Below, one piece after another: positions 10,701 through 18,452 of a DNA stretch of 64,000 nucleotides. The stretch covers positions 4,912-68,911 of the forward strand of contig CAZYEJ010000001.1 of NCBI GenBank assembly GCA_964646435.1, written 5' to 3'. The stretch's first letter is position 1. The number at the start of each line of letters is the position of its first letter. The notes under the pieces were generated by a model. That model worked only from the letters and a program-made list of their open reading frames with translations. It searched no databases and was not told the DNA's origin. This DNA comes from an uncultured Thermodesulfobacteriaceae bacterium (lineage in GTDB: Bacteria > Desulfobacterota > Dissulfuribacteria > Dissulfuribacterales > UBA3076). The translations under genes and the position numbers were made by a program.

Positions 10701-10795
10701 GTGGTTATCAACTCGTCAAGCTGCTCAATCTGATCGCTAAGCTTGATCGACAATGCATTCGGCTGCAGTTCGCAAGCATCTTTGACTGTTTTCAT
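7712..10795 (-). CDS. DUF499-type P-loop ATPase, 1027 aa
   Basis: Walker A QAMGGGKTHLL about 70 aa from the N-terminus. Walker B-like LILLDEMP. Large size and synteny with the DUF1156 methylase. Confidence 0.78.
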   Translation of the reverse strand: MKTVKDACELQPNALSIKLSDQIEQLDELITTEGDGKAFFEKTYITQGMQDLISEGLARLAGTSSQAVFHLKQAMGGGKTHLLVGFGLLARHPELRKTHCGGIQQASAFASADIAAFNGRNNPDHFFWGEIAHQLGKGDQFSPFWTSGPKAPDEKDWLKLFEGDQPVLILLDEMPPYFHYLDTQKVGNGTVADIATRAFANMITAAGKKKNVCVVVSDLAAAYETGGKLINRALEDARSELGRQERNITPVDLAANEIYDILRKRLFKSFPDKAEIEDVAATFGRKLEEAAKSKTANRGAEAVANEIEATYPFHPRLKNVIALFKENEQFKQTRGLIELVSRLLRSVWERQANDVFLVGPQHFDLSIAEVRDKLTEISGMRDVIAKDLWDAQQSAHAQIIDLATGKEAATQIGALLLSASLSTAVNAVKGLTREEMVECLISPLREPSEFLGAFDELEKIAWYIHHTPEGRYYFDRQENLTKLLQSLAHDAPQNQVDDLIRHRLCDMFKPIRKTCYEDVLPLPRLKEVADRVRRGRVLLVVSPDSKIPPEEVQKFFEGLSQKNNLCVLTGDKTAMGSVEKAARQFFAAQKADGRIPKGHLQREDLERKQEIYKQDFNSTILNLFDKVLFPIQRPDKPSQLASKALDMTRDATKPFNGEEQIEKTLTTHPLKLYLDVEKEFDAIRDKAQDVLWPQNLDDARWSDVADRYSEQAGMPWLPPKGLDSLKSIACNRGLWEDLGNGYVTKKPKKKRTSVQVIAESGPDDAGQVRLCINPQNAGPAPRIYLAEDGPVSEASPQLKDQIYTTSALRVNFFVCDPSGQYESGDPETWTNKLVLRNKLSENDGTRSVELFVAPKGEIRYTLDGSEPRDGTVYDGPITIGDGEVLLCAFGEAEKLEAKAEFRFQARGQKGVQIDEVKPCRLVSRTGRKLDSRSKTFEGLKQATEKSVSFEGIVLTVGQGNRMIAVNVGEIQVDALFIEALLSKVLEKFTPDTPVTMTFRKAHFSSGHDLKDFAGKLGIELQPEDVEQ

Positions 10796-10831
10796 AGGCT
10801 TACAACTCCATCAGGGTGCAATTTTTTCTCT

Positions 10832-11020
10832 TCAATGGTCGGCAGTCTCCCCGGCGCTGCCGCTTTTGACCCACTCGTCGATCTCTTCTTTCTTGAATTT
10901 CCAGAGGCGGCCGACCTTGTGGGCAGGCATGTGCTTTTCGCTTATCCACTTGTAGGTAGTATCGCGCTTGATGCCAAGATATTCCGCTATTTCATCGACA
11001 GAGAGCCAACGGTCTTCCAT
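10832..11020 (-). CDS. Excisionase/MerR-type helix-turn-helix DNA-binding protein (62 aa)
   Basis: LSVDEIAEYLGIKRDTTYKWISEKHMPAHKVGRLWKFKKEEIDEWV is a classic Xis/AlpA-like HTH_17 pattern. First gene of the minus-strand operon. Confidence 0.8.
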   Translation of the reverse strand: MEDRWLSVDEIAEYLGIKRDTTYKWISEKHMPAHKVGRLWKFKKEEIDEWVKSGSAGETADH

Positions 11021-11298
11021 ACTTTAACACCTTGCGTGTTGATTACAGAGAATCTGGTTTAATCAGGTTTTATCTGGATGAAGAGGTATAGATATGTATC
11101 TAAGGGAAAAGCAAGGTGGTGTCAAATGGTTCTGAGGAGATTCTGGAATTCCGATATAAGGATGAAGCAAAGCACTATTGTGCTCAAGAAAATCTAAGCC
11201 TCCCCTGTTTGGCATAGATCTGATCTCGGTTAATATTGAGTTCTTTTTCGGTATCGCGAACAGGGACATTGGCCAGCATGAAAACCTCATGCGATTTA

Positions 11299-11746
11299 GG
11301 GAACGGAGTTAGTTTAATAGTTTAATTGACGTTGATTTAGCGAATTGTTGTCATGGTGGCATGCCTCGATACAGACGACTCTATATCCCTGGTGCGATTA
11401 ATCATGTCATCACCAGTGGTTTGAATCGCCAAGATATCTTTCTTAACGACTGTGACCGGAATGAGTTTCTTGGTCGACTTGAAAAAATCTTTCTTTGACT
11501 GGCTTGCAGGTGTTGCTTATCCGCACAAGCAATAGGGCCCCTCGGGGATCTGATACGGAATGTGTGTGTGTCTTGGCAAGCTTGACTGACCGGTGGTAGT
11601 CTGAGACGAAGCGCAGGTGGCCGGGAAGGTGTTTTGGAAGGAATTGCCCCGATATTTTGGTATATCCTGGCCTTCAGTCTCGAAGGCCATCAAGCGAGAT
11701 AAAAAATTTGCAAAAGAGTATGATGTTAAACTATTAAGCTAACTCC
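11299..11746 (+). mobile_element. Internally deleted HUH/Y1-transposase mini-element bounded by 21-nt inverted repeats
   Basis: Left IR ggagttagtttaatagtttaa (about 11304-11324). Right IR ttaaactattaagctaactcc (11726-11746) matches its reverse complement at 20 of 21 positions. The interior carries transposase N- and C-terminal fragments. Confidence 0.55.
11361..11742 (+). pseudogene. REP-associated/IS200-like Y1 transposase remnant (N-terminal 45 codons, then an out-of-frame C-terminal DnaA_C-like HTH piece)
   Basis: MPRYRRLYIPGAINHVITSGLNRQDIFLNDCDRNEFLGRLEKIFL, then stop at 11496-11498. Further on, LPRYFGISWPSVSKAIKRDKKFAKEYDVKLLS ends with a stop at 11740-11742. Confidence 0.55.
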
Positions 11747-12115
11747 CCTATCCCCATTGAAAAAGTTCTTTTTTTACCGAATGGCCATTTCTGAAACTCC
11801 TAAGCTTGCTATGCTGAACTTGCAGCAACTCGGGCTAACGCCTTTCAAGCAGCTATAATTTTTACCGCTTCGCTTTACCATGAAGTTGTAGTAGAAATGG
11901 CCAAAAGGGATTCGCCAAGGAGTCTTTCAACAGCCTGCTAGGTATCCTCCTTTGCATTTCCAGGTCTGGAGTTCATAATTTCCAGGAGAGAGGTAATGTT
12001 CGGTAAGACTTGTACCAGAGGCTTGATCTGGATCTTTTCAAGAGTAACCCTTTCAGCTCCATATCCAGCTCTTCTAGCAAGTGACTTCGTTCACTAATAG
12101 GTATGGAGAAAAAGG

Positions 12116-14047
12116 ATGTCCAGACCACAAATAGCACCTTACGGATCTTGGAAGTCGCCGATTACTTCCGACCTGATTGTCTCTAATACCATTGGATTCA
12201 ATCAGATAGCGCTTGATGGCGAAAACGTCTATTGGATCGAGATGCGCCCATCAGAGGGTGGACGGCATGTTGTTGTTCGGCACACTCCAGATGGACGGAC
12301 AATAGATATCACGCCATCCTCATTTAATGCGCGAACGCGGGTGCATGAGTATGGCGGCGGCTCCTTTGTTATCGAATATGGCAAAGTTTACTTCTCCAAC
12401 TATTCCGATCAGCGCCTCTACCTTCAGGATCCAGGATCTGAGCCGAGGCCAATTTCCCCTGATGCTGATTTGCGCTTTGCCGATGGGATCATCGATCACC
12501 GGCGAGGCAGGATAATCTGTGTGTGCGAGGACCATTCCAATGCCGTGGACGAGGTTACCAATAGCTTGGTAAGTCTCGATCTTGGCAGTGGAGATGAAGT
12601 CAAAATCATTGTTTCTGGCAATGACTTCTATTCCTCTCCCTGTATCAGTCCCGATGGATTCCATTTAGCATGGCTTTCCTGGAACCATCCCAACATGCCC
12701 TGGGATGGGACCGAACTCTGGATGGGGGAGTTAAACGCAGACGGTTCAGTAATGCGCTCTGAACAATTGGCAGGCGGCCTTGATGAGTCCATCTTTCAGC
12801 CACAATGGTCACCTGACGGTATGCTGTACTTTGTCTCCGATCAGACAGGCTGGTGGAACCTCTACCGCTGGCATGACGGACGAATCGAGCCCGTCGTTCG
12901 AATGGAGGCCGAGTTCGGTGTGCCGCAATGGATATTTGGAATGTCTACATATGCCTTTGAATCAAAGCGTCGAATTATCTGTTCCTATACCCATAAAGGG
13001 ATATGGCAACTGGCATGCATTGACACTGTAACTAGGGAATTGAAAGCAATTGACACCCCTTTCACAGAAATCGGTTTTCTCAAGGCAGTTCCCGGACGTG
13101 CTGTGTTTTTTGCGGGTTCCTCCAACGAACCCGGATCTGTTGTCCAGCTCAACCTTGCCACGCGGAAGCTTGAGGTATTACGTCGATCGAGTGATGTTAC
13201 GATTGATCCAGGATTCCTCTCCCTGCCGAAATCGATCGACTTCCCTACAGTACACGGGCAGAAAGCCTATGGCTTCTTTTATCCACCGAAAAATCGGAAT
13301 TATGCAGCACCAAACGGTGAGCGGCCTCCGCTCCTTGTCATGACCCACGGTGGGCCCACTGCGGCAACTTCTGGGACTCTCAATCTTGGGATTCAGTATT
13401 GGACCAGCCGAGGAATTGCAGTTATGGACGTGAACTATGGAGGCAGCTCTGGTTACGGCCGGGCATACCGCCAACGTCTCAAAGGCCAGTGGGGAATCGT
13501 TGACACGGACGACTGTGTGAACAGTGCCCTTTATCTTACGAAGCATTTTGACATCGATGATAACCGGCTTGCAATCAGGGGCGGCAGTGCAGGAGGCTAT
13601 ACAACACTTTGCGCTCTCATTTTCTACAACATCTTTAAGGCTGGCGCAAGCTATTACGGTATCAGCGATCTGGAGGCCCTGACCAAAGAAACACACAAGT
13701 TTGAATTACATTATCTGGATCATCTGATCGGTCCATATCCTGAGCGTCGTGACCTTTACAAGAAACGATCACCCATTCATTTTGCTGAATGCCTTTCGTG
13801 TCCGGTTATCTTTTTCCAAGGACTTGAAGACAAGATTGTGCCGCCCAATCAGGCGGAAATGATGTTTAAGATACTCCGTGAGAAAGGACTGCCTGTTGCT
13901 TATGTCCCCTTTGAGAAAGAGCAGCACGGTTTTCGAATTGCCGAAAATATTAAACGTACATTTGATGCTGAACTGTATTTTTATTCACGGGTATTCGGTT
14001 TTGATTTAGCTGATCCTGTTGAACCTGTGCATATCGAAAACCTCTAA
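12116..14047 (+). CDS. S9 family serine peptidase (prolyl oligopeptidase / acylaminoacyl-peptidase type)
   Basis: N-terminal beta-propeller-like region plus a C-terminal alpha/beta hydrolase with nucleophile motif GGSAGGYT and a later EQHGF (His) region. RBS ggagaaaaagg lies upstream. Confidence 0.9.
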   Translation: MSRPQIAPYGSWKSPITSDLIVSNTIGFNQIALDGENVYWIEMRPSEGGRHVVVRHTPDGRTIDITPSSFNARTRVHEYGGGSFVIEYGKVYFSNYSDQRLYLQDPGSEPRPISPDADLRFADGIIDHRRGRIICVCEDHSNAVDEVTNSLVSLDLGSGDEVKIIVSGNDFYSSPCISPDGFHLAWLSWNHPNMPWDGTELWMGELNADGSVMRSEQLAGGLDESIFQPQWSPDGMLYFVSDQTGWWNLYRWHDGRIEPVVRMEAEFGVPQWIFGMSTYAFESKRRIICSYTHKGIWQLACIDTVTRELKAIDTPFTEIGFLKAVPGRAVFFAGSSNEPGSVVQLNLATRKLEVLRRSSDVTIDPGFLSLPKSIDFPTVHGQKAYGFFYPPKNRNYAAPNGERPPLLVMTHGGPTAATSGTLNLGIQYWTSRGIAVMDVNYGGSSGYGRAYRQRLKGQWGIVDTDDCVNSALYLTKHFDIDDNRLAIRGGSAGGYTTLCALIFYNIFKAGASYYGISDLEALTKETHKFELHYLDHLIGPYPERRDLYKKRSPIHFAECLSCPVIFFQGLEDKIVPPNQAEMMFKILREKGLPVAYVPFEKEQHGFRIAENIKRTFDAELYFYSRVFGFDLADPVEPVHIENL

Positions 14048-14087
14048 TGTGACCACACCTGTTCCAGAAAAAGAGTGTGAAATTTGC

Positions 14088-14157
14088 GGGACGGAGTTAG
14101 TTTAATAGTTTAATTAACGTTGATTTTAGCGAATTGCTATCATGGTGGCATGCCTCA
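14088..14157 (+). repeat. Solo copy of the left end of the 11299 element (direct repeat, about 70 bp)
   Basis: gggacggagttagtttaatagtttaattaacgttgattttagcgaattgctatcatggtggcatgcctc is near-identical to 11299-11366, including the transposase ATG. Similarity stops after atgcctc. Confidence 0.7.
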
Positions 14158-14221
14158 TTGGTTAGTTTTGATGAGCGTTGAAGCTTAAAGGTTATATCAC
14201 TATAAAAAGAGGGGTTGCATT

Positions 14222-14491
14222 ATGTTCAAACTCACGGATTATATTCCCAAATCGGAACTGGAAACATTCTGCCGGAGAAATCATATAACCAAAATGTCTC
14301 TTTTCGGTTCTGCTCTGCGGGATGAGTTAAAGCCGGGCAGTGATATTGACCTTCTTGTGGAGTTTGACAAAGACCATATGCCGGGATTGCTGGACCTTGC
14401 AGGAATGGGTAAAAGCGGTGAACAATCACAGCGGATTTGGGACAAGGCACGGGAAGAGGATAGTCAGGATTTTTTTAAAAATTCTCTGTAG
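14222..14491 (+). CDS. MNT-type nucleotidyltransferase (antitoxin-like), probably C-terminally corrupted; no HEPN partner present
   Basis: SLFGSALRDELKPGSDIDLLVEF is the minimal nucleotidyltransferase motif. The sequence after LLDLAGM no longer resembles the family. No HEPN gene follows (tRNA instead). Confidence 0.55.
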   Translation: MFKLTDYIPKSELETFCRRNHITKMSLFGSALRDELKPGSDIDLLVEFDKDHMPGLLDLAGMGKSGEQSQRIWDKAREEDSQDFFKNSL

Positions 14492-14524
14492 CAAAGAGGC
14501 AAAGCAATAGCAAAATGGTAGCAG

Positions 14525-14559
14525 AAACAAAAAAGAGTTACGACAAAACATCGTAACTC
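14525..14559 (-). terminator. Rho-independent terminator downstream of tRNA-Val
   Basis: Minus-strand stem gagttacga / tcgtaactc with a 7-nt loop, followed by ttttttgttt. Confidence 0.6.
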
Positions 14560-14570
14560 TCTGATTCTAT

Positions 14571-14646
<76 letters not shown>

Positions 14647-14771
14647 GTGCCCAAAATATGTAGCCTATTAGTATAGTTATTTCAAGTCTAATTCCGCATT
14701 TTTAGGGTTCCAAATGGCCAAAACCCGAAGACCGCAAAAGGACTTTTTGCAGCGTAATCATCCTTAAGATT

Positions 14772-15914
14772 TTAATTTTCAGCCTTCCCTGTGATTTCAG
14801 GCTTTTTGGCTTGTTCTAATGCTATCTCTCTCACTGATGTAAACGCTTTTGCCTGGGATGCTCCTGCTATGGCCTTTTCAGCTATCTGGTGGACCTGCTT
14901 CATGGCTGAGCTTGTTTCAGCTTTAAGTTCTGTAACCTCCTTTTCTCGAGAGGCGATAGTATCCTCCAGGAACTCGATTTTTTGCTGATAAACCTTGCGT
15001 TCCCACTCCCTTTCTGTAGCAGCCATCTGCTTTTTTTGTTCCATTTCGCGGGTAACTGCTGCAATTGCTTCTTTTTTTTCTTTCTCGACTTCGTTTTGAA
15101 GCATACCTGGGAACTTCTTGACCTGTTCTCTCAGATCCTTTAGTTCGGATTCCTGTGCTACAAGCGCTGTCTCCCTCTCTGCAAACTCCTTTTCCGTGCT
15201 TTCTTTCAACTCCTGGAATTCTTTTTCAAGAAATGCCCTATTCTCCTTATATTTATCCTCTTCTAATTTTCTGGTACGATCCCGTTCATAGATATACTCA
15301 GCTTGTTCACGTTCCCACTTCTGCTTTGTGAGTGACTCATCCTCTTCTATTTCGCGGGAAAAACGTTTTTTCTCATCTTCCCATTCAGCCCTTTTCCCCT
15401 CTATCTCTTTTTGAAGATTGCCCTGCAGCTCAGAGTATTTCTTTTCAAGAACCGCAAATTTTTCTTCATAATCCGACTCCAGCTTTGTTATGCTTGAAGC
15501 AAATTCTGTTTCAGCTACGGTTTTTCTCTCTTCATAGGCATCAACCAGCTTATTCAAGGCATCAGATGCCTCTTCTATGTCATAGAGTTCTTTAAGCCTC
15601 TTCTCTTGAAGTGCTACTGCGCTTTTCAGCTCCTCAAGACGTTCGGCCTGAGAGGACAGCCTGTCTGTTAGATCGCTCAGGGTCTTTCCTAACAACCCCT
15701 TGAGAGTAGTGACGTTTTCAATTACTCCGTGTACTGTTGCCTCTTTTGCGGCCTCCAATGCTGCCGACTCTTTGTATTTTTCTGCTTCAGAGCGCCATTT
15801 CTCAGACTCTTTGGCATCCTTCACCTTTTTTTTGTAAGCTTCGAGAAGACCGGAATATTCTTCAATTATCTCTTTTTTGGTCATCTGGGATGAAATCTTG
15901 AATTGTTCCACCAT
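14772..15914 (-). CDS. Lys/Glu-rich coiled-coil protein of unknown function (380 aa)
   Basis: Long uninterrupted ORF with heptad-like charged composition throughout. I recognise no catalytic motif. Confidence 0.65.
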   Translation of the reverse strand: MVEQFKISSQMTKKEIIEEYSGLLEAYKKKVKDAKESEKWRSEAEKYKESAALEAAKEATVHGVIENVTTLKGLLGKTLSDLTDRLSSQAERLEELKSAVALQEKRLKELYDIEEASDALNKLVDAYEERKTVAETEFASSITKLESDYEEKFAVLEKKYSELQGNLQKEIEGKRAEWEDEKKRFSREIEEDESLTKQKWEREQAEYIYERDRTRKLEEDKYKENRAFLEKEFQELKESTEKEFAERETALVAQESELKDLREQVKKFPGMLQNEVEKEKKEAIAAVTREMEQKKQMAATEREWERKVYQQKIEFLEDTIASREKEVTELKAETSSAMKQVHQIAEKAIAGASQAKAFTSVREIALEQAKKPEITGKAEN

Positions 15915-15973
15915 TTCCTACTCCCTGGAATTTAGTATTCGAGCTATTTGCAACTTACTTTAATATTAATATA

Positions 15974-16137
15974 CCGTAACCGTTCACGGGGTTACAACGC
16001 CCGTTTTACAGTAACCCACCGAACTGTGAGCGTTTACAGGGTGCTTGCAGATGCGAGGCGTACGGGTACGCAGACATACTCCCTGTACTTCAAGTGCCCG
16101 ACAACGAAGCAGATGCGGTGCCCTGTGAACGCTTACA
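15974..16137 (+). repeat. Interspersed element family 'tgtRagcgtttacaggg', copy A (long form)
   Basis: About 20-nt terminal inverted repeats (tgtgagcgtttacagggtgc ... gtgccctgtgaacgcttaca). Preceded by the hairpin module ccgtaaccgttcacggggttac. Related copies at 19773-19895 and 43102-43253. Confidence 0.75.
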
Positions 16138-16251
16138 ATATACCAGTCCTTTCAACTTTAAAAAAGTCCCTTATACTTTTTTCATGGTAGCAGGCCAAAA
16201 CCAGTCAAGCCCTATGGATATATTTAGGGGACGCACTTTTCAGTCGGCTGA

Positions 16252-16470
16252 TTTGAAGCATTACAAGTAATATCCGTTTGGCATATTACGTCTATCCCAG
16301 GTAAAATTTTACGGGATGACTTTATGGAATCGATGGGTCTCAGTATAAATAGGCTTGCACGAGACATTGTTGTTCCGCCCAATAGGATAAGCGAAACTGT
16401 CAATGGGAAACGTGCTATTACAGCGGATATCGCTGAAAATACCCCATCTGCTGCGCACAATAAATTATGA
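16252..16470 (+). pseudogene. HigA/VapI-type HTH antitoxin remnant
   Basis: PGKILRDDFMESMGLSINRLARDIVVPPNRISETVNGKRAITAD matches the HigA core. There is no usable start codon upstream (in-frame stop at 16249-16251). The C-terminus diverges, and no toxin gene is adjacent. Confidence 0.5.
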
Positions 16471-16564
16471 ATGTTGAATTTTGAATTAAGGTATATGTTT
16501 TTTAAATCTTCTTCCACAATTCAGCATTCAACATTCAGCATTATCTATAAAGGGCTATAATCTG

Positions 16565-16924
16565 TCATTCATCTTTTAGGACCTGATCCAAAGCCTGCTG
16601 AAAACTCTCGTCATCGACCACTGGCTCAAGATCGCTGGAATCGATTTTCTCCACATCAGTGCCAGTGCCGGGAGCATCCAGCAGGTCAGAGACATCAATT
16701 TCGGAAAGGTCCACTGAATTTCCGGCTTCCTGCTCTACAACAGGAGCTTCGGGCTCAGTCTTGATACTATCTGCCCTGGAATCCTTGCTGAACCAGATGA
16801 GTTCGGTATCCGGTTTTGCAAAACTTCCAAGTCCTGCAGAAATTTTCCTCAGATCCTGTCCGCAATTTGAGCAATTCTCAAGATAATCAAAGCTTATTCT
16901 TCCGCATTTTGGGCATCTCATCAA
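16565..16924 (-). CDS. Zinc-ribbon protein with an acidic tail, function unknown
   Basis: N-terminal CPKCG...CSNCG four-Cys ribbon. The C-terminal half is D/E-rich. Confidence 0.6.
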   Translation of the reverse strand: MMRCPKCGRISFDYLENCSNCGQDLRKISAGLGSFAKPDTELIWFSKDSRADSIKTEPEAPVVEQEAGNSVDLSEIDVSDLLDAPGTGTDVEKIDSSDLEPVVDDESFQQALDQVLKDE

Positions 16925-17000
16925 TTTGTTCCTTTTTTATTTGAAAAGATTTGTAACATTGTATATGGTTTAGTAAAAATACCTAAAAGATAAAAACAAA

Positions 17001-17354
17001 ATGAAAATAAAACAAAATATTTTGCCCTCACTTTTTCTTATCGGAATTTTGATATTATTTCTTGCATCCTGCGCGGGCACGCCCAAAAAATATCTTGCAG
17101 TAGATGCCTCATTGGTGAAACAGGGCCAGCCCAAAACCGAAATATCCGAGTTTTTTGGCCTGCCAGACGCAGCAAGAATAAATCAGGCCGGTCAGGAAGA
17201 ATGGTATTATTATGATGTGCATAGGCACTTTTGGCAACGCATACCCTTTCTGGGACGTCATCTTGGTAAAGAAGAGGTAGAGTGCCTGCAAATTGTCCTG
17301 GAATCAGGACAGGTAGTCAAGGCTGTTTACTATGTTCAAGGTATCCAAAGCTAA
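17001..17354 (+). CDS. Small lipoprotein, function unknown
   Basis: Signal peptide with lipobox LFLASC at the N-terminus. Confidence 0.6.
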   Translation: MKIKQNILPSLFLIGILILFLASCAGTPKKYLAVDASLVKQGQPKTEISEFFGLPDAARINQAGQEEWYYYDVHRHFWQRIPFLGRHLGKEEVECLQIVLESGQVVKAVYYVQGIQS

Positions 17355-18003
17355 GCCCAATAATCAATTCAGAATATCCAGGGACAGAATGGTTGCCCAT
17401 CAGATTGAACGAAGGGGAATCAAAGATCCTCGTGTTCTGGAGGCAATGCGCAAAGTACCTCGGCATCTCTTTGTAGACGAGGCGCTCTGGGACCAGGCCT
17501 ATGGTGACTTTCCCCTTCCAATCGGGAGTAACCAGACCATGTCCCAACCCTATATTGTGGCCTTCATGACCCAGCAGTTAGGACTGAAGGGTGATGAAAA
17601 AGTGCTGGAGGTGGGAACAGGTTCAGGCTATCAGGCAGCTATTCTGGCTGAGCTTGTCAGGGTTGTGTACAGCGTGGAACGTATCCATGCTTTGCTCCCA
17701 GGGGCCAGAAAAATCCTGGAAAGACTTAAATACACAAATATTATGCTCAAATTAGACGACGGCACATGGGGGTGGCAGAGTGAGGCCCCTTTTGACGCCA
17801 TAATCGTGACTGCAGGTTCACCATCAGTGCCTCAGCCATTTATCGATCAGCTTAATGACCCAGGCATTTTGATCATTCCTGTTGGAGATGAATACTCGCA
17901 GGTGCTTGTAAAAATCACCAAGTCCAACGGTAAAATCCATCAGGAAGATATGGGTGGTGTCCGCTTTGTGAAACTTGTGGGGGATCATGGTTGGAAGGCA
18001 TAA
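17332..18003 (+). CDS. pcm: Protein-L-isoaspartate O-methyltransferase
   Basis: VLEAMRKVPRHLFV, QTMSQPYIVAFM and VLEVGTGSGYQAAILA motifs. The true start may be the ATG at 17389. Confidence 0.9.
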   Translation: MFKVSKAKPNNQFRISRDRMVAHQIERRGIKDPRVLEAMRKVPRHLFVDEALWDQAYGDFPLPIGSNQTMSQPYIVAFMTQQLGLKGDEKVLEVGTGSGYQAAILAELVRVVYSVERIHALLPGARKILERLKYTNIMLKLDDGTWGWQSEAPFDAIIVTAGSPSVPQPFIDQLNDPGILIIPVGDEYSQVLVKITKSNGKIHQEDMGGVRFVKLVGDHGWKA

Positions 18004-18452
18004 TGACAAAAGTTGGAATTATCGGAGCGGGTCTGTGTGATCCGAAAATAAGTGCGCTGGCAGAAGAAGTCGGCCGCAGGGTTGCTGAACACAAGGCCAT
18101 CCTTTATTGCGGCGGCCTTGCTGGAGTAATGGAGGCGTCAGCCAAAGGGGCCGTTGAAGCAGGTGGTATCACTGTTGGTATTCTTCCCGGAGTCAAGGCC
18201 ACTGACGCCAATCCGTACATCCGGATCCCTGTGGTCACCGGCATGGGACACGCCAGAAACGTCATACTCGTCAGGAGCTGTGACGTACTAATCGCCATAT
18301 CAGGCTCTCATGGCACCTTGTCGGAAATAGCCCTTGCACTCAAGATGTGGAAGCCTGTGGTTGGCTTGAAGACATGGAAGCACCTCTCGGACGTTCACTA
18401 TGTCAAATCGGCAAAAGAGGCAGTGGAAAAGGCATTTGCCCTGTTGCCTTAG
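18003..18452 (+). CDS. TIGR00725/LOG-like (SLOG) Rossmann-fold protein
   Basis: KVGIIGAG...ILYCGGLAGVMEASAKGAVEAGGITVGILPG pattern. The ATG overlaps the pcm stop (TAATG). The ORF track gives an upstream start at 17991. Confidence 0.75.
   Translation: MTKVGIIGAGLCDPKISALAEEVGRRVAEHKAILYCGGLAGVMEASAKGAVEAGGITVGILPGVKATDANPYIRIPVVTGMGHARNVILVRSCDVLIAISGSHGTLSEIALALKMWKPVVGLKTWKHLSDVHYVKSAKEAVEKAFALLP

Noticed and set aside
11340-11366. tggtggcatgcctc in both repeat copies as a possible sigma-54 (TGGCAC-N5-TTGC) promoter.
   Set aside because: The -12 element (TTGC) is absent at the required spacing in both copies.
15948-16190. ORFs 15948..16190 (+), 19716..19955 (+) and 43078..43287 (-) share a peptide such as ARRTGTQTYSLYFKCPTTKQMRCPVNA, which could suggest a small-protein family.
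   Set aside because: The similarity is at the nucleotide level within a repeat element. The third copy has indels that change the frame (its peptide is unrelated). There are no RBS or start contexts. I interpret it as a non-coding repeat.
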